Assembly: GCA_035084275.1 (NCBI GenBank) | Contig: CM068749.1 | Coordinates: forward strand, 16,244,001-16,308,000 | Length of the DNA stretch: 64,000 nt | DNA from: Hydrolagus colliei | Taxonomy: Eukaryota | Direction of reading: 5' to 3' | In this document: piece after piece, positions 23,931 through 38,155 of the stretch | Numbering within the stretch: the stretch's first letter is position 1 | How the letters are laid out: every line of letters starts with the position of its first letter | Notes under the pieces: generated by a model | Told to the model about the DNA's origin: nothing | Database searches by the model: none | Seen by the model: the letters and a program-made list of their open reading frames with translations, nothing else | Made by a program: the position numbers and the translations under genes

Positions 23931-24621
23931 CTTTATCTTATCGTGGTTAACCCTGGGCAGGTAGGTTCCTGGGGATCTCTCAATTCAGTTTGTCAGTCTG
24001 GAATGACCACTGCCATACTGGAACTGCATGCTCTCAAAAACTTTTAAAAGTTATGAATAATGTATATTTTTTTAACTCGCCACACTATTACCACATTGTT
24101 TGACAATTCTTATTCTGAAATAACTCTGGCCAATTTTGTTTTCTTAGGCCAGTATAAATTATTGTTTGAAAGTACAATAACCTCCTTGTGCAATAATGCC
24201 AGGCTGCACATAACCTTTACTCGCAGATGAATTGTGGCATATGTGACTTTAATTTTGAGTTTTAATGTGTACATGTATATTTAGGTATAGTGAGCTGAAT
24301 GACTATTTGATTAATGACTGAGCCAATGGCATAACAATGTAGGCTGCTGACACCTTAGGGGAACAATTTTGCATTTGTTTAAAAATTCCGTGCAGAATTT
24401 GAACCTAGTCGTGTTAAGAATTGCTTGTCAGTTAGAGCCATGAACACTGGCGTTTCCTACTCCTCCTTATGTGGCTGCTGCTTAACATGAGATTGTAATG
24501 GCTTCTGAAAGCATTTAAAATTCCCTAATGTTGTGTGCAGGAAATGCTGCTGATGTCACTTTCCAAAGGATGTGACATCAGTATTGCTTCTTGCACTTTG
24601 TGTACATGCTCAACACTCACG

Positions 24622-24950
24622 AACAACAACAAAATTGCACTTATAGCGCCTTTCACGTCGGGAGGATGTCCCAAAGCGCTGAACAGTCTGGTCGGGACCC
24701 GGGGTGTGGGGGGCGGGGGGGTGGGGGGAGGGTCTGGGTAGGGGGAAGGGGAAGGAGACTGATAGAGGGGGAAGAGTTAGAGGGGCAGTCGAAGGCGTGG
24801 TCGAAGAGGAAGGTCTTGAAACCGGCCTTGATGGAGGAAAGGGAGGAAGCAAGGTGGAGGGGCTGTGCGATGGAGTTCCACAGTGTAGGAGCAGAGAGGC
24901 TGAAAGCCCGGCCATCGATGGTTGGGTTAGGGCGGAGGACGCGGAAGTGC
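24622..24950 (-). mobile_element. L2-clade LINE 3' end, relatively young (CpGs retained)
   Basis: aacaacaacaaaattgcacttatagcgcctttcacgtcgggaggatgtcccaaagcgctgaacagtc is the reverse complement of the family tail. Confidence 0.9.
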
Positions 24951-25409
24951 TGTTAGTAGGAACCTGATATCCTGAAAATCACATATTTTGTATTGTAATG
25001 TAGCCTTTGTGCTAATGAACCCAAGCTACTATGTTATAATGGGATTGCTCCGTATAATGTTGAGCTATTGAATCTCACTCACTCTGAAATGTTGCTACAC
25101 TTCATTTCCTCAACCAAAGTGGTATTACAGTAACTGAGTAAGAATCTTACAAAATCTAGTAGTGTTGTAACACTCCGCCATGGCATACCCTGAAGCCTTT
25201 TTACCTTACTTTGTGAATGAATCCTCAGGTAGTGGAAGTTGCAGAGTAGAAGCATATTTATTTTCTTGCTAAATTGTAAGGCCCTCTACTTGCAGATTTT
25301 TCATATGTTTCTCTTTAGCTGGGGGGATGCTATTGGAGTCACAAATCACAGTCTGGAAGTTTGTCCAAAGGACCAACATTCATTATGAATATTCATTATG
25401 AACCACGAT

Positions 25410-25690
25410 GGTGAGAGTCACCAGGTTGTGGGGACATTGTAGCCAAGCCTAGTCCCATTCAGCCATTCATACTCAATGTCACATGTACTTTTCAGCCAGC
25501 GGAGCTAACCTAATCAGCAGCAAAATCTCTGTTTCTCCTCCTCTGCCTCCATCTCTTCTCCACCCCCCACAGACACAGCCTGAAGGGACTAGGACCAATT
25601 GTTAGAATTTCAGTTGCTGCCTTCACTGAAATCAATTTGAATGCAGACAGTAAATTGAACCTACAACCTATGGTTTAGTACTGTACTGGG
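25410..25690 (-). mobile_element. ancient SINE-like repeat family C, diverged copy
   Basis: Reverse complement has acaattggtcctagtccc and ctgctgattag...gctggctgaaaagtacatgtg in the same order as the other family C copies. Confidence 0.4.
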
Positions 25691-26877
25691 CCATCAAATC
25701 AGCAATCAGTAGATTGTATGTAGATTGCCTCACCATGCTGGTGTGCTCATGTGCTTGTGTGCATTTGTATACGAATACATATATATATATACACTGGTGC
25801 TTGGGATGTAGAGAAAGCTACCTGATATACTCAAATGTATTCAGGCGGCATAACCTCACTGGCATCGATGGGCCAGCTTTGGTTAATGGCCTTGCTCAAA
25901 CTGGCTAAGATGTTACAGTAAATGTACAATATGACTGTTAGTATTGAGCAAGTTGGATTGAATCCTGCTAGTGTTTAATGCTGGAATTTGTCATTCAAAT
26001 TACAGCTTGGCACTTTCCTGCCACTCCACTTCTCAGTAATTAGTTTAATTAGCTCTCAATTCTTCATAATTAATTGCTTTCCCTTGGTGTTAAAGTTTCT
26101 CCCGAAATTGACTCCGACCTTCTCCATCAAATTTCAGTCTGCTCTTCTGAAAACTCAGTCAATGAGAGTCTGAATGATTGCATTTCAGAATCAATTTCTT
26201 AACAAGAAACATGTCATTATCAAATTTCTAAAACATCAAATGCACTGAAGAATGTATTCTTCATATGACACTTTAAACATCTAGGTGAAAATCTGACTTT
26301 CAGAACTTTAGATTCCCATTTAATTTGTACTAAAACATACATTACCACAGATTAATTCTAGCTTCCGTAAAAATAGTCTACCCATAAAATAAGGTTGTCA
26401 AGACCTGAGCTGCAGGAACCAAAAATTTGCTTTACAAATCTTTTCCCTCTTTGCATACTTATAACATTTACCTTTTTATGAAAGTTGCTACAGAATGTAC
26501 TTGTCGAGGATTAACCTTGTTCATGTCTTTTATTAGACCTTTGTGCTGTGGGTGCTCCTCATAATTTTATTTGCAGCTTTCTCTTCTTGTTTTCAGACTC
26601 TCGCCCCTTCCCTCTCAAGATTTTTCAAACACCTTTGACATTGGTATTTAGTTTTCCTTAATTAACTGTATTAGTTCACTGTTCTATCATAATTTCTTCT
26701 TTTTTTCCTCCTAGGACCTATTATAAACTTCCATAAATCCTCACTTTACCTACTCTGATGTGATTTGAACACATTTGCTCTTTGGTGTCAGAGTCTGGAG
26801 AAATAATCCATTGCATATGGTTGCAGACATCACTCCATTATAACTTTTTACTGACCAGTGAAATTTCAACTCCTTAT

Positions 26878-27020
26878 AATGTTGGTAGCACTCAAACCTC
26901 TCCATCAGAAGGTTGCAGACTCAAGCCCCACATTGAACTCAAATAGTTTCTGTTGTGGTGCTGGAGCATCATTGCATTATTGGAGATGCCATCCTTCAGA
27001 GGAGACATTAAACCGAAGGA
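26878..27020 (+). mobile_element. DeuSINE/SacSINE1-like 5' fragment
   Basis: ggtagcactc...tcagaaggttgcagactcaagccccac (tRNA-like head) and ggagatgccatccttcagaggagacattaaaccga, matching 44850-44885. Confidence 0.65.
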
Positions 27021-27119
27021 ACATTATTCTGTGTTCTTTAAATCTATGCTTCATGTGACTTGAGCTTCCTGAAACTTATTAATTAGTTTTAAAAAAACAG
27101 ATATGCTCTCCAATTTTTT

Positions 27120-27440
27120 TTTCCAATTTTCTCACCTCTTCCGAAATTGTGATTCATGTCGAGTTATGGGTCCCAAAACACTAATAGTATTTCAGCTCTA
27201 AGTGATCGTGTTTCGCTTGTGAGATGAAACAGTAAGAGTTGGTTGTAGAGACATTACGCGTAAGTTGAATCCTGGCCTCACTTGATGCCACACATAGGTG
27301 GTGACCAGCAATAGACACTAGCAGCAATCAGGCACCTTGCTGTTTATTGTATCCCTCCGCTGTGGACACTGAAGCCACTTGTGTGCTTCTAGTACTGGTG
27401 AGATCAATAACTCTCACAGATCAAGGGAACAATGGTTGAA
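27120..27440 (-). mobile_element. ancient SINE-like repeat family C, diverged copy
   Basis: Reverse complement reads gatctgtgagagttattgatctcacc...caagtggcttcagtgtcc...cctgattgct...gctgg...gtgtggcatcaagtgaggccaggatt. Confidence 0.45.
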
Positions 27441-29775
27441 CATTTATGATTTGCTTGGTTCCATAATACTGTACACACATGGAATGTAATCAAATTAGTT
27501 TGCTGCAATGTACCATTGGTGAGGCAACAGTACAAAAGCTGCAAACAATGAGCTCCACTCCCTACAGTGTTCTATGCTTTTATTGGGGTTTTCATCAGTG
27601 TAATTTGTATTCCTTAAATTTGCCTCTGATAAAGTCCCAAAGGTTTCATAATCATAAATTTAATCTGAAAATAATGTTTTCGGGTGTCTGTTTTTCTATT
27701 TCTTTTAGGTGAATTAATATATTTTAGTGAAATTCCTGAGTGTGAAACGAATTATCAGAAATGTTAAAATATTAATGGGCAAAATGGTTCTGAAAATTGA
27801 AGCTGTTAAAATTGTCAAAATAAACCAGGCCAGGAGAATTATTTAAATGAGATGATCTTGTCTGGGAATTGAAAGAATTATCAGTAATTCGATAAATGAC
27901 CCTTTCATCGCAATTCTGCTTGCAGTGATTACACCACTAAGTAGAGTTCCAGCGTCAATGTATGTTGTTTCCAATTTACTCATACCACATTAATATTTTT
28001 GATTATTAAAAAGAAATCAGCAAAATAACCATCTGAAATTGCCGAACAAGATCATACATATACATTACCCCAGAGATTACATAGAATTCTCTCATTCTAA
28101 TGAATCTCAGGTTATTTCTTGCACAATAATGAAGATGTTAAAATGCAGGAGCCTCTTTGCTGTAACACCCTCTCTGAAATACCATAATCACTTAAATAAT
28201 GTATATTTTATAACTGCTTCTCTCATTGACAAATTATCAATAAAAATACTTTTGGTGTGCCTGACTCACAAAGTTGACCCAGCAGAGAAAACGAACTATC
28301 GCAGAACATTCTGATGGTTTCAGTGGTTTGACAGCATTTTGAAGGCTGACATAAAAGGTACAGGAATATATTCAGTCTTAGCGCAGCATGGATATATTTA
28401 TTCAGCCAGACGTACTGCTTCTAAGATCAGCAATGAGTATTCCTGCCACCGTCTGCCACTTTCAACCAGTTTCTAGCAATCTAGGTTGTGTACCTTTGAA
28501 CTTCTCCAGAAGCAATGATTTAATTTCTCTTTTCTGTTTCACTGTTTTTGAAAAGTTTGAGATTTTTTCATTCTCCAAGTGATTTGTATAGGGGGTGGTG
28601 GTGGGGGGGGAACTTTACTAGAAATAAAAAGATATGAGACAAAATAGTTGATTGCTTGTAGCTGCTTTTTAATATTTGTGTCAGCCTAGTTGATTAGTGC
28701 TGTCTGATCTCTTCCGTATAGAGTGTCAGGAAAGAGCTGCCTCTCAGGCACTGAGAGAATTTTCAACAGGAAAAATATGGATCAGTTGAAATCTAACATG
28801 TTGGTTTGAGTGGCCTCTTCTTCAAAAGCTTCACAACGATACAAATTCAACTTATGGTCAACTGTATTTTGGAGAGGTAGTCAGTGTTTCATGTGGAGTT
28901 GGTGCTGTTCCAACATTGAATGTACTGAAGAGAGCAGCTTCTAATATGATTTTGTAATGAGTGAAAGCTGTTATTGTTCCCCATATCATACGATTAAATA
29001 AATTCTGATGTCAATGCTCTCCAAATTGTAAGTTTTGAGTGTAGGAGTTAGCTGTGCATTACTGATCCTTGACACTGGTCAGCAAAAGGAAACCACAAAG
29101 GCAAAAATGGGAAGCAGTACACAAACAAAAACATGTAAAACCGTGAATTACATTTTGAGCTTCAGATATCATTGATACACCGCACATGTTATAGTTTTCA
29201 ATGCTGTCTCAATCTCGGTTATGTTGTTTTTGTGCCATACATTCTGCCCTGTGTTTCTTTTTGTGTGCATGTATATTTGTATAGCAGAAACAGAATTAGC
29301 ACATGAAATGGTTTGGATAAAGCAGATCAGCAAACTAAAAATTATGCTTCTTGGATCCACCTCCATCTGTTTAGGGGCATATTCTGATGTGACTTCATTA
29401 TGGATGTTTTAATTTGTGGCAGTTGCCAGTTATTATAAATATGTAACCTATTAATTTATCGATTGGAACTCAAAATATTGAAGGCGCTCTACCTTAATGC
29501 TGAAATGTTTTCCTGCTGGGTACTAATGGATCTATCAAAAAAAAACAGTGGTTGTAATTTTATCAAAGGGATGCAGTGCCAACTTCAGTGAATGCCCTCG
29601 ATTTAAAAAGCTAGATCATCCAACAAAATGAACTCTTTGTGAATTTCCCTTCACTTATTAAAAGCAAAACGTCGACTGATCGATTTAGAAGAACAAATGC
29701 TAAATATATTCAATTGTTGGCACCAAAATATTGCTTTCAAAATGAGAATTGCCACATAAACCACATACTGAATTG

Positions 29776-29798
29776 ATATATATATATATATATATATA
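29776..29798. repeat. (TA)n microsatellite
   Basis: Direct reading. Confidence 0.9.
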
Positions 29799-31639
29799 AC
29801 ACTACAGAACAGACATGGTGGCTTGAACATATACTATGCAGCATTATGCTGGAATGTCAAAGGAATGGTTGTAAAATGGAGATTGGCAATAGAAAAGTGA
29901 TCTAATTAAGCATTTTCAGGATTGGTCAAACTTGATTCATTGATAGATGTTGGGTGATGAGCATTCTTTTTCTTCATTCCCCCTCCTAAACCTGGTGTTT
30001 CTAAGAGTAACGTGATGGGAAATGGAAACATTTTTGCTTCAGCAGGCAGTTTCCATACAGCTTCATTCGGAGGAAATATTCCCTCAACTCTGCTTTAACC
30101 CTCATCTCAGAAGCTGCTTTTTTTTTTCATTTTTCACATCAGCCTTTCTAAGGTTGATAACTGGTTTTGTGCCAGTTTGTGGTACTGTGTGATCAGGGCT
30201 TAGAACGAAAAGGATTGATATAGCTAACACTTTTCATCTCTAACCTTTTCCAGCTGCTAGTGAGAGCAGATTTGCTTCCTATCTGTACAGTTCTGTTTTC
30301 AAACCCCAGGTAGTGAGGATGAAAGCAAAGTGTGCTAATCCGTTATACTACCCAGTGGCTGAGTTCTTGTAAGAGCTCATTTGCAACTCTAGTAAAACCA
30401 TTGTCATATCTTGTACATGTGATTCAGTGTCAACTACCCTATATTATTGTTCTGTCTAGAATTTAACAACTCTTCAGTTCTTACAATGGCCTCATTTTTG
30501 AGGGTTTGCCTCCTATATTTGGGGCTTTCACCTCCATGTCATGATTATGTTGAAATTGATATTTAATTCAACATGAAATTATTTGCTCTTTAATCAGAAT
30601 AATATGCCTTATCCTTACAATTATTTATTATTGGGTGACTGATCTTTTGCAGTTTCTCCAATTTAACTGGTCTCAACTCCCCCTGATCAGCAGAGAAATG
30701 AATGTTGTTTCAAGGCTTCCCTGTAAAATTGAGGGGTCAGTAAGCCATGTTATTCCAGTCATTTTAACATGATCAAGAGAAGAATGAATTGTTTGCAAAG
30801 TCCTAAACTGATCAAGCCATTTAGATACTATAGTATAAACTTAAATTTTAAAAGTTCATCTGAACCCTGAGCTGTGGCTAATTTTGAAAATTATTACGGT
30901 TTGATATTGTGAAAGCACAGTTGCTTTAGTTCAGGATGTGTTTTATTTAGTGAAAACAGTTCTGGATGTGCAAAGCAGCAGTCAATGTAATCTGTGATGT
31001 GTGATTATTTACATTGAAGGATTAATGACTGATGAAATCCCTGTATGATTATTACACGATAAACTGTGACCAGCTATATATATTTATTTATTTGATTACA
31101 TGATATATATATTATATCCATCAATCAATTGCAGATGATCACTTGATAAATATTCTGCAGTTGTCACAATCATTAATCCTTCAGTAAAAATATTCTCATA
31201 CATCAAATACTCAACCCGCCTGTCCGTTTTCTCTGAGCTGTCACTGGTCACAAAGCAGGAATAAAACCATGCCAACAACTCTGAAGTTTATATTGTAGAA
31301 ATGATTGATCTATCTGAGTCATCTCAACATAGGGTGTGGGTGACAGTTATAAAGTGCTCAAGCTTTTTCTTGTCATTTTCACCTTACCTTAAACCCATCA
31401 ATGAGGTTTCTGTCATGAAATTCCTTGGGCTTTCTAGATTCTCTATTTAATGGGAACTTAAAGAATGCTACATATTTAACAAGAATTGTAAACAACCAAT
31501 GAGAGCGACTTTGTATACGGATTAAAATGAGTCATAAATGAATTGTGTGTTGAAGTGTTTGTTGATTGCTTGGCAATTGAGAGTTTCGCTGATTGTTGTA
31601 GTTTGTGGTTCCTCTTCGTTGTTTAGCAAACTTCTGCAG

Positions 31640-32215
31640 AAACTTGCTGCTCATTGGTCTCCCCAGCTCTTCCCTTCACAAGCTGTAGATCATCTAAAAC
31701 TTTGAAGCTCCTGTCCTCTCCTGCACCAGACTCCACGACCCCATCACCTTTGCCTGGCTCCATTAGCTCCCCATCCCCCAGAGGTTCAAATTCAAGATCT
31801 TTGACCTCACTTTCAAGGCCATCCACAGCTTTCTCCCTTCTCTAACTTGTTGACTTCCTACCAACCGGTCCACCCTCTCTGTTCAGTGGGCACTGCTCCA
31901 TGCCTCCCTCCCGACCTGCCCTACCATCAGTGGCCGGGCATTCAGGCTCTCTGCCTCCACACTCTGGAACTCCATCCCACAGTCCTCTTATCTCATTTCC
32001 TCCCTTGCATCCTTCAAGGCCGGTCTCAAGACCCTCCGTTTCGATCGTGCCTTCTGCCACCCTCCCACCTTTCTACCTCCCCTCCCCCTACCCCGCCCCT
32101 ACCCACTACCCTGGCCTTCCCCCATGCTCGGGTCCTGACCCCTGACTGTTCAGTGCCCTGGCACATCCTCCCGACATGAAAGGCGCTCTATAAATGTAAT
32201 TTTGTTGCTGTTGTT
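31640..32215 (+). mobile_element. 5'-truncated L2-clade LINE
   Basis: Encodes decayed LH(W)LPIPQRFKFKI of the L2 ORF2 C-terminus and ends cgacatgaaaggcgctctataaatgtaattttgttgctgttgtt. Confidence 0.9.
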
Positions 32216-32489
32216 TGATTGTCATCTCTTTATACTCCTGGTTTGCACAACATCAGCACTCGGAGAACTTAACCCTCATATGACGCACTGACACTAAAAA
32301 CAAGGAAATATCAAGGGAAGATGAGTGATGAGTGAAGCGAAACAAGAAAAGAAAATTTCCACTGGCGACTGTTCACATGCAAACTGGCCCGAGAGGGTGT
32401 GGGAAGAGAAAAGCGATTGTTTAGTTACTAAGTAACAAACTAAAGCTATTTCAGACCTATTGTTTTTGTGGTGTAGCATTCAGCCATAG

Positions 32490-32620
32490 AGACCAGGATC
32501 CCAGATTTTACTCTTTGATATGTGATGCCTTTTATTGCTGGGAGGGAGAGAAATTGGCCAGATTCCCTGGTCCTGATCACCAGTCAGTGACATCTCCTGA
32601 AAAATGTTTGGATGTGAAAG
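32490..32620 (+). mobile_element. family C repeat fragment
   Basis: gggagggagagaaattggccagattccctggtcctgatcaccagtcagtgac...tggatgtg parallels 38010-38075. Confidence 0.4.
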
Positions 32621-32689
32621 GAGCTTGTCTCTAATTTCTCTCACAGTCAAGCTGTAATTTGTGGATGCCCACTGTGTAGGTATACATTT

Positions 32690-32860
32690 AGAATACCATG
32701 ACTGTATGTGGAACGCTGTAGGCACAACTGGCTGCTGCATTTCGCCCACAAAATATGCAGTCAATTCATTTTATAGTATATCCGGTAAAATGCTTTGTGA
32801 TGTCTTGAAGATGTGATAAGATGCTATATCAAATGCAAGGATTATTTTTTATTATTAATA
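32690..32860 (+). mobile_element. SINE family B 3' half
   Basis: ccatgactgtatgtgg...ggctgctgcatttcgcccacaaaatat...tatatcaaatgcaaggattatt. Confidence 0.85.
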
Positions 32861-32969
32861 ATGGCCCTTTTGGATTCAGGGGGATGGCCTGAGGTAGTAA
32901 ATGCTAGAGGAGGAGAGGGTTAACGTGCTTCTGTTTGTGTAATGGTAGAAATGTAATTTCACCATTTTG

Positions 32970-33245
32970 TGAAGTCCTGTAGCTCGGAGGTTTCAGGCAG
33001 GTCAGGGCAAAACCATGGGCAAGTTTCCATACTCCACATGCCTAATAATAATCCCTCAAAAAAACAATAGTAAATTGTTCATTTAAATTCATGACTATTT
33101 ATGGGACACTGCTGTACGCAATTGGCTACCGCGTTTTACCCACAAATATACTTTACAGTATATTCTGTGAAGCGCTTTGAGATGTCTAGAAGACGTGAAA
33201 AGTACTATATCAAATGGAAGGATTATTATTCTTTACATTATTATT
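32970..33245 (+). mobile_element. SINE family B, near full length with deleted tRNA head
   Basis: gtcctgtagctc...caaaaccatgggcaagtttcc...aataatccctcaaaaaaacaat...gaagcgctttgagatgtctagaagacgtgaaaag...gattattatt. Confidence 0.88.
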
Positions 33246-33247
33246 TA

Positions 33248-33702
33248 GACTTCAAGATCCTCACACTCGTGTTCAAATCCACTTACTCCTTCCTGGCACC
33301 TCTCTACCTCTCAGACCTCCTCACTCTCCACCACCACCCAGAATCTCTGTTCAACTGGTCTCCTGCTTGTCCCTTGCACCCTAGGCCCCACCATTGGAAG
33401 TCATACTTTCAGCCACCATTCCCACAAACTCTGGAACACACACCCTCAATCCCTCCGCCTTGTCCCCTCTCTTCCCCTTTTCAAGTCCGGCCTGAAAATT
33501 TTCTTCTTCAACTGTGCTTCTGGCCACCTCCTGCCAACCCACCCCCCTACCACACCTGGTTCAGATTCAAGCTCCACCATTTTTCAATGCTCTGAGGTGC
33601 CACCCGGTCTGGAGGGTGCTATTTAAGTTTCAATTGTTGTTGTTGGACTTCCTCCTGACATGAAAGGCACTTAACAAATATAATTTTGTGGTTCTTGTTG
33701 TA
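33248..33702 (+). mobile_element. L2-clade LINE 3' fragment with two consecutive tails
   Basis: DFKILTLVFKS...LAPLYLSDLL in ORF 33101-33595. Tails end at about 33645 and 33702. Confidence 0.8.
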
Positions 33703-36419
33703 ATTTTCTTATCCAAAACACCAAGAGTTATCCCTCCTAACAATATCAAACTATATGACACTAACAGCACTATTTGTATTAGCTTTAGATCATTTAATTG
33801 AGTCAATGTAATTCAGTGAACTAATACAAGTGGAATCAACACCTAAAAGACTTCTCTCAATGGCAATTCGCTGGGGTATGAAAGCATTATTATTGAACAG
33901 CACACTGATATTGTTGCAGCCAAAAGTTAATTAATTCAATGAAATGCTGAATATTTTAGCAGCCATATTGAACTATTTATGGTTTGCTCCTGATTTATCT
34001 GACATGGTTGGAAATGTCTTTTGTGTTGTTGTGGGAATATATTTACATTTACTCAAATGTTCTGAACTTCTTTGGCTTATTTGGTACATTTTGTGCCTCT
34101 TTTATGGTCTTTCTTATCTTTTAACGTTAATGGGAACACGCAAGTATTCTAACAGGGAGACTGAAGCATTAATTATGACATACATGTGTGTCTGGGAAGG
34201 AGCCAGCAAAATCCACAGCAGATTTCTGCTAATCTTGGCTCTTTATGCATTTTTTGTGGACTGTCTATTTAATCCCTGTATTTAAACAATCTGTATTTCC
34301 TCTGGGGCATGCTGAATTGAGCGGAATTGTTGGACTGATGGGTAACGGACTGCTGAATTATGAAAATAGTAACAGGTTCCCCATTTATCATTCTTCCTTC
34401 TTCCATGGTCTCATTAATATCTCGTTTAGTTTCATATTTAGAACTTCAGTAGTTCCTTTGTAATCTCCATAATGTTCCATCAGCTATCTTTGCTTTGATT
34501 TAACACCTGCCATATTATAATGTTTAGAAATTTCTGTGACAAATATTCAAATGCATATCCTCTATTTAAATGTACCGTGTTCAACCTTAAAAAACATTTA
34601 AATGACGGTAATATTTAAAATATTCATTAACGCTGAAGGATGCTGTTGGTACTTAGAGCTTTGCAGATTTTACAGAAACGAGAGATCTGTTTGTGCATAG
34701 CAAGAGGCAAAATAGATGCTTAAATGATTTGCATTAGCTTATTAGCGGGTGAACTAAGAAGGAAAGTTAATGAAAGTATTTATATAGGCACATTTTATTA
34801 TTTGTCCTGAATGTAACCATATGTTGCAGTATTTACAACGCATTTTTAAAATGGAAAAATAATTCAGCTGTTGTGAAATTGTTAAGCTTTGCCTGTGTTC
34901 TGGGATCTGTTTAGTTAGTTAGGATTTTGTACATCTTAATGATGTGCCTTTTTACAAGGCAATGAATGTCCACAATATACAGGATATGGGTTCTTCACTG
35001 AGGCATATAATAATTCCATATGACACGAGTAGGTGATGTACATAATCAATGGGTCAAAATCAGTGAGGCTTTGTGGACTTCAGAATCATTGTTCGTGTCC
35101 ATTAAATAAAAAGAATCCTGGTCTTCATAGCGGTTGAAATACACTTGGAACATTTCCAAATTCCCTGCTGCATCATAATACGTTTATTCATATTTTTGGA
35201 ATTTTAAGCAGACATTTTTTCCTTGATGATGCTTCCAATTTAAAATTGTTTCAATAGAATTATTGTTTTCCAAAATAAATGAAGAGAAACATGTGGCAAG
35301 GGCAGTTTTAAAAACAAAATGAAAATACTGCAGAGTATTGACATATTAGATAGATAGTGCCTGTGCAAGTCATACAATCTTGCCATTGTTAATATAGGCC
35401 AAGGTATACTGCAGTTATTAAAAATTAAGCCTAAGCCAAACTCTGACTTGTCTTGCAATGCAGAACATCTAAGATAGCAGATTTTTATCAATAACTTCCT
35501 CATTTTATAAAGGTATCGTAAAGGTTATTCTGTCAATCTGTCACTGAAACCTTTGCACTGTCCAATTCTAATTGAAAATTGCCCTTTTGGTGTACTCCCG
35601 TGCAACTCTCAAATTTAGAATTTTTTATTTGATTGTAGAAAGTAGAGTCCTCTTATTTGCCTTTGTAGGCTATATCGTAAGGATCTGTGTGGTGTCCTTT
35701 GTCATTCCCCTACTTTCACCCAACATTCTGTGCTCAGCCAAAAGATTTCGATTGAACTTTAAATTTAATTATCATATCCTCACGTAACTTCATAAGGAGT
35801 ATGGCCTTTCCTCATATTTAATTGGTGTAGATGTCAGATGCACATAATATATACAATTTTAATTATTTTACATTTCTCAAATTTTTGTTATATTTTATCA
35901 TGGACCTTTTCAATTCGCATCAATCCCATTCTTTACTCAGCCAGCCAGGAACTCTAAGTTCATGTATTCTTCCTCCCCAACCCAAGCATCTAGTTTTATG
36001 TCCCATCCCTTCTCTTCAGAGTTGAAGTTCTTCCATATGATAAATTGCCTTTTGCGTTATTTTCTGAAATTCCCTAAAGTGAACGTGGAAACTCTGATAT
36101 ATAATTGTACCCTATTCTAGTGCTGTGGGTGAGACTCTATGGGCTGCAACTATTACGTTATAAATTGGGGGGGCGGCGGGTTCAATTGCAGGGGCAGGGA
36201 TAGGAGAGAAAGGACGGGGGAGAGAAACAAACGATGCAAGTAAAAGGATCCAAGCTCAGTTGAGGTGCAACAACCTCCCGTGTTAATGCATGAATCTTAA
36301 CTGATAAATGAAGAGGGCAGTTTTTGGTAAACTGTGCTTTTCATTGATCTATTTTTGTTTGGTACAAAACCAACATTTCAGTTTGTTTTGTTTTCAATTC
36401 AGTAAATCTCCATCGCTCA

Positions 36420-36602
36420 AAAAATAATAATAAATTGGTCATTTCTATCCACGATTGTTTATGAGACACTGCGGTGCGCAATTGGCTGCTGCCTTTAGCC
36501 CACAAATATAGCCAATTCACTTTACAGTGTGTTCTGTGACGTGCTTTGAGATGTGTAGAAGACGTGCAAAGCGCTATATTGAATGCAAGCATTTTTATTA
36601 TT
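36420..36602 (+). mobile_element. SINE family B 3' half
   Basis: gacactgcggtgcgcaattggctgctgcc...gaagacgtgcaaagcgctatattgaatgcaag. Confidence 0.88.
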
Positions 36603-37899
36603 GTACGGCTTTGGACTACGATATCTAGTGGTTTTCTTGAGTCTCTGTTTGTCTTGGTGCTGGGAGTGGTATCACATACAGTGATACTTTAGCTTCTTGT
36701 GTCCCTCTTTCCCATTTCATACTAGAGTAAGCGGATTGCATTTGCTTGACTGCACCTTCTTCACATTGTTTGATTTGCGCTTTCAGCATTTTTGATCACT
36801 GGATTGCATTCAGCAAATTCAAAATTGAACGTTAAGTCCTAGCATTTTAAACTTGGAATGCAGCCTTAATCAATTGAGACAAAGGTTGAGTCAGATATTG
36901 TGAAGGATTTACCCTTTTGTTTATACAAACAGACCATTTGGATGTATCTGTGAGATAATCCTGGTATTGAAACCCAGAATATTGAAAATAATATCTCTGC
37001 ATACTTGTGTGATAGTACAGTGTTTAGTCAAGTGTATGGCATAGACTAAGCTCTTAGCACATTGAGTATTGCTGGCACAAATGGAAGAAGGGGTTCTGTT
37101 GGTACAAGGTCTACTTTTTTTGCATTTATTTCCCCCCCCCACCCTCACCCCGCATACACTCGTATCTGAATGCTTGATCATTGCAATACTACATTATTTC
37201 AACTAGAAGTGTGCAAGAACTGCACTCTTATTCCCATTTGAGTCTACATCTCACTGTGAAAGTGAGAACCATGGTTTTTGCGCAAAGCTTTATCAACTTT
37301 GTAGTTGATGCACAGCATGATAAATGTATTACTATGTTGACAATACTGGATTCTAAAGTTATTATTTTTGAAACCAGGAAATAATATCCCCTGAAGCTTT
37401 ATATCTTTCACTTTCAGTCCTTCAATCAGTATCTTATGAAGCTGTAGAAAATCTAGTCTCTGTTAGGCTGCGGGGCAAGTCATTCATTCTCTATTGATGT
37501 ACAGAAAATAGTTACACTTCACAAAGCTACCTGACTCTGTGCATGTTTCACACCATGCATTACAGGCAATTCTATTGTAGGCTTGCTCTTCTAAATATTC
37601 ACATTTAGTGAGAAATCACAGAGTAGTCAGCGCTCTGTAGTTTCTCCATGGCCTCCTTGACAAGAAGGCTTATTGATTTCATGTGTCTCGGAAGACAATG
37701 CATGAATATATTGAAGGTCACATAAGTGAATAGCTACAGTTGTTTTGCCCATATGTCAATTTTGCATTTACAGACAGTGCCCTTGGTGTAACAACTTAGC
37801 TGGATGTACATTAGTACGAGCAATACTTTACACCAACACCCATTGTTTTGCGTAACAGTTTTCGCAGCATATTTAAAGTTGTTTAAATAAGGTAAATCA

Positions 37900-38155
37900 C
37901 TCAGTGGGTAAATCCTCCATTGTCATGTGAATACAACAAAATGCTCAGTTTGGGATCAGTTAACTCGTCTCAAGGAATTGGTGCAGGCAGTATAATTGGC
38001 TTGAGAATCGTAGGAAAAATCAGGGAGTGCTCCTTCCTGTTCCCTAAGTGATCCCTGTTGGAAAGTATGGATGTCAGCTAAGGGCATTAATGTGCTCGGC
38101 AGCAATGTTTCCTCCCACCTTCTCGGAATGGCCCACCAACACTCACAGTCCAGCT
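37900..38155 (+). mobile_element. ancient SINE-like repeat family C copy
   Basis: tcagtgggtaaat...tataattggcttgag...ggaaaaatcaggga...gtgatccctgttggaaagtatggatgtc...ccaacactcacagtccagct. Confidence 0.5.

Noticed and set aside
33101-33595. 164-aa ORF
   Set aside because: Chance read-through from a SINE tail into an L2 fragment, not a gene.
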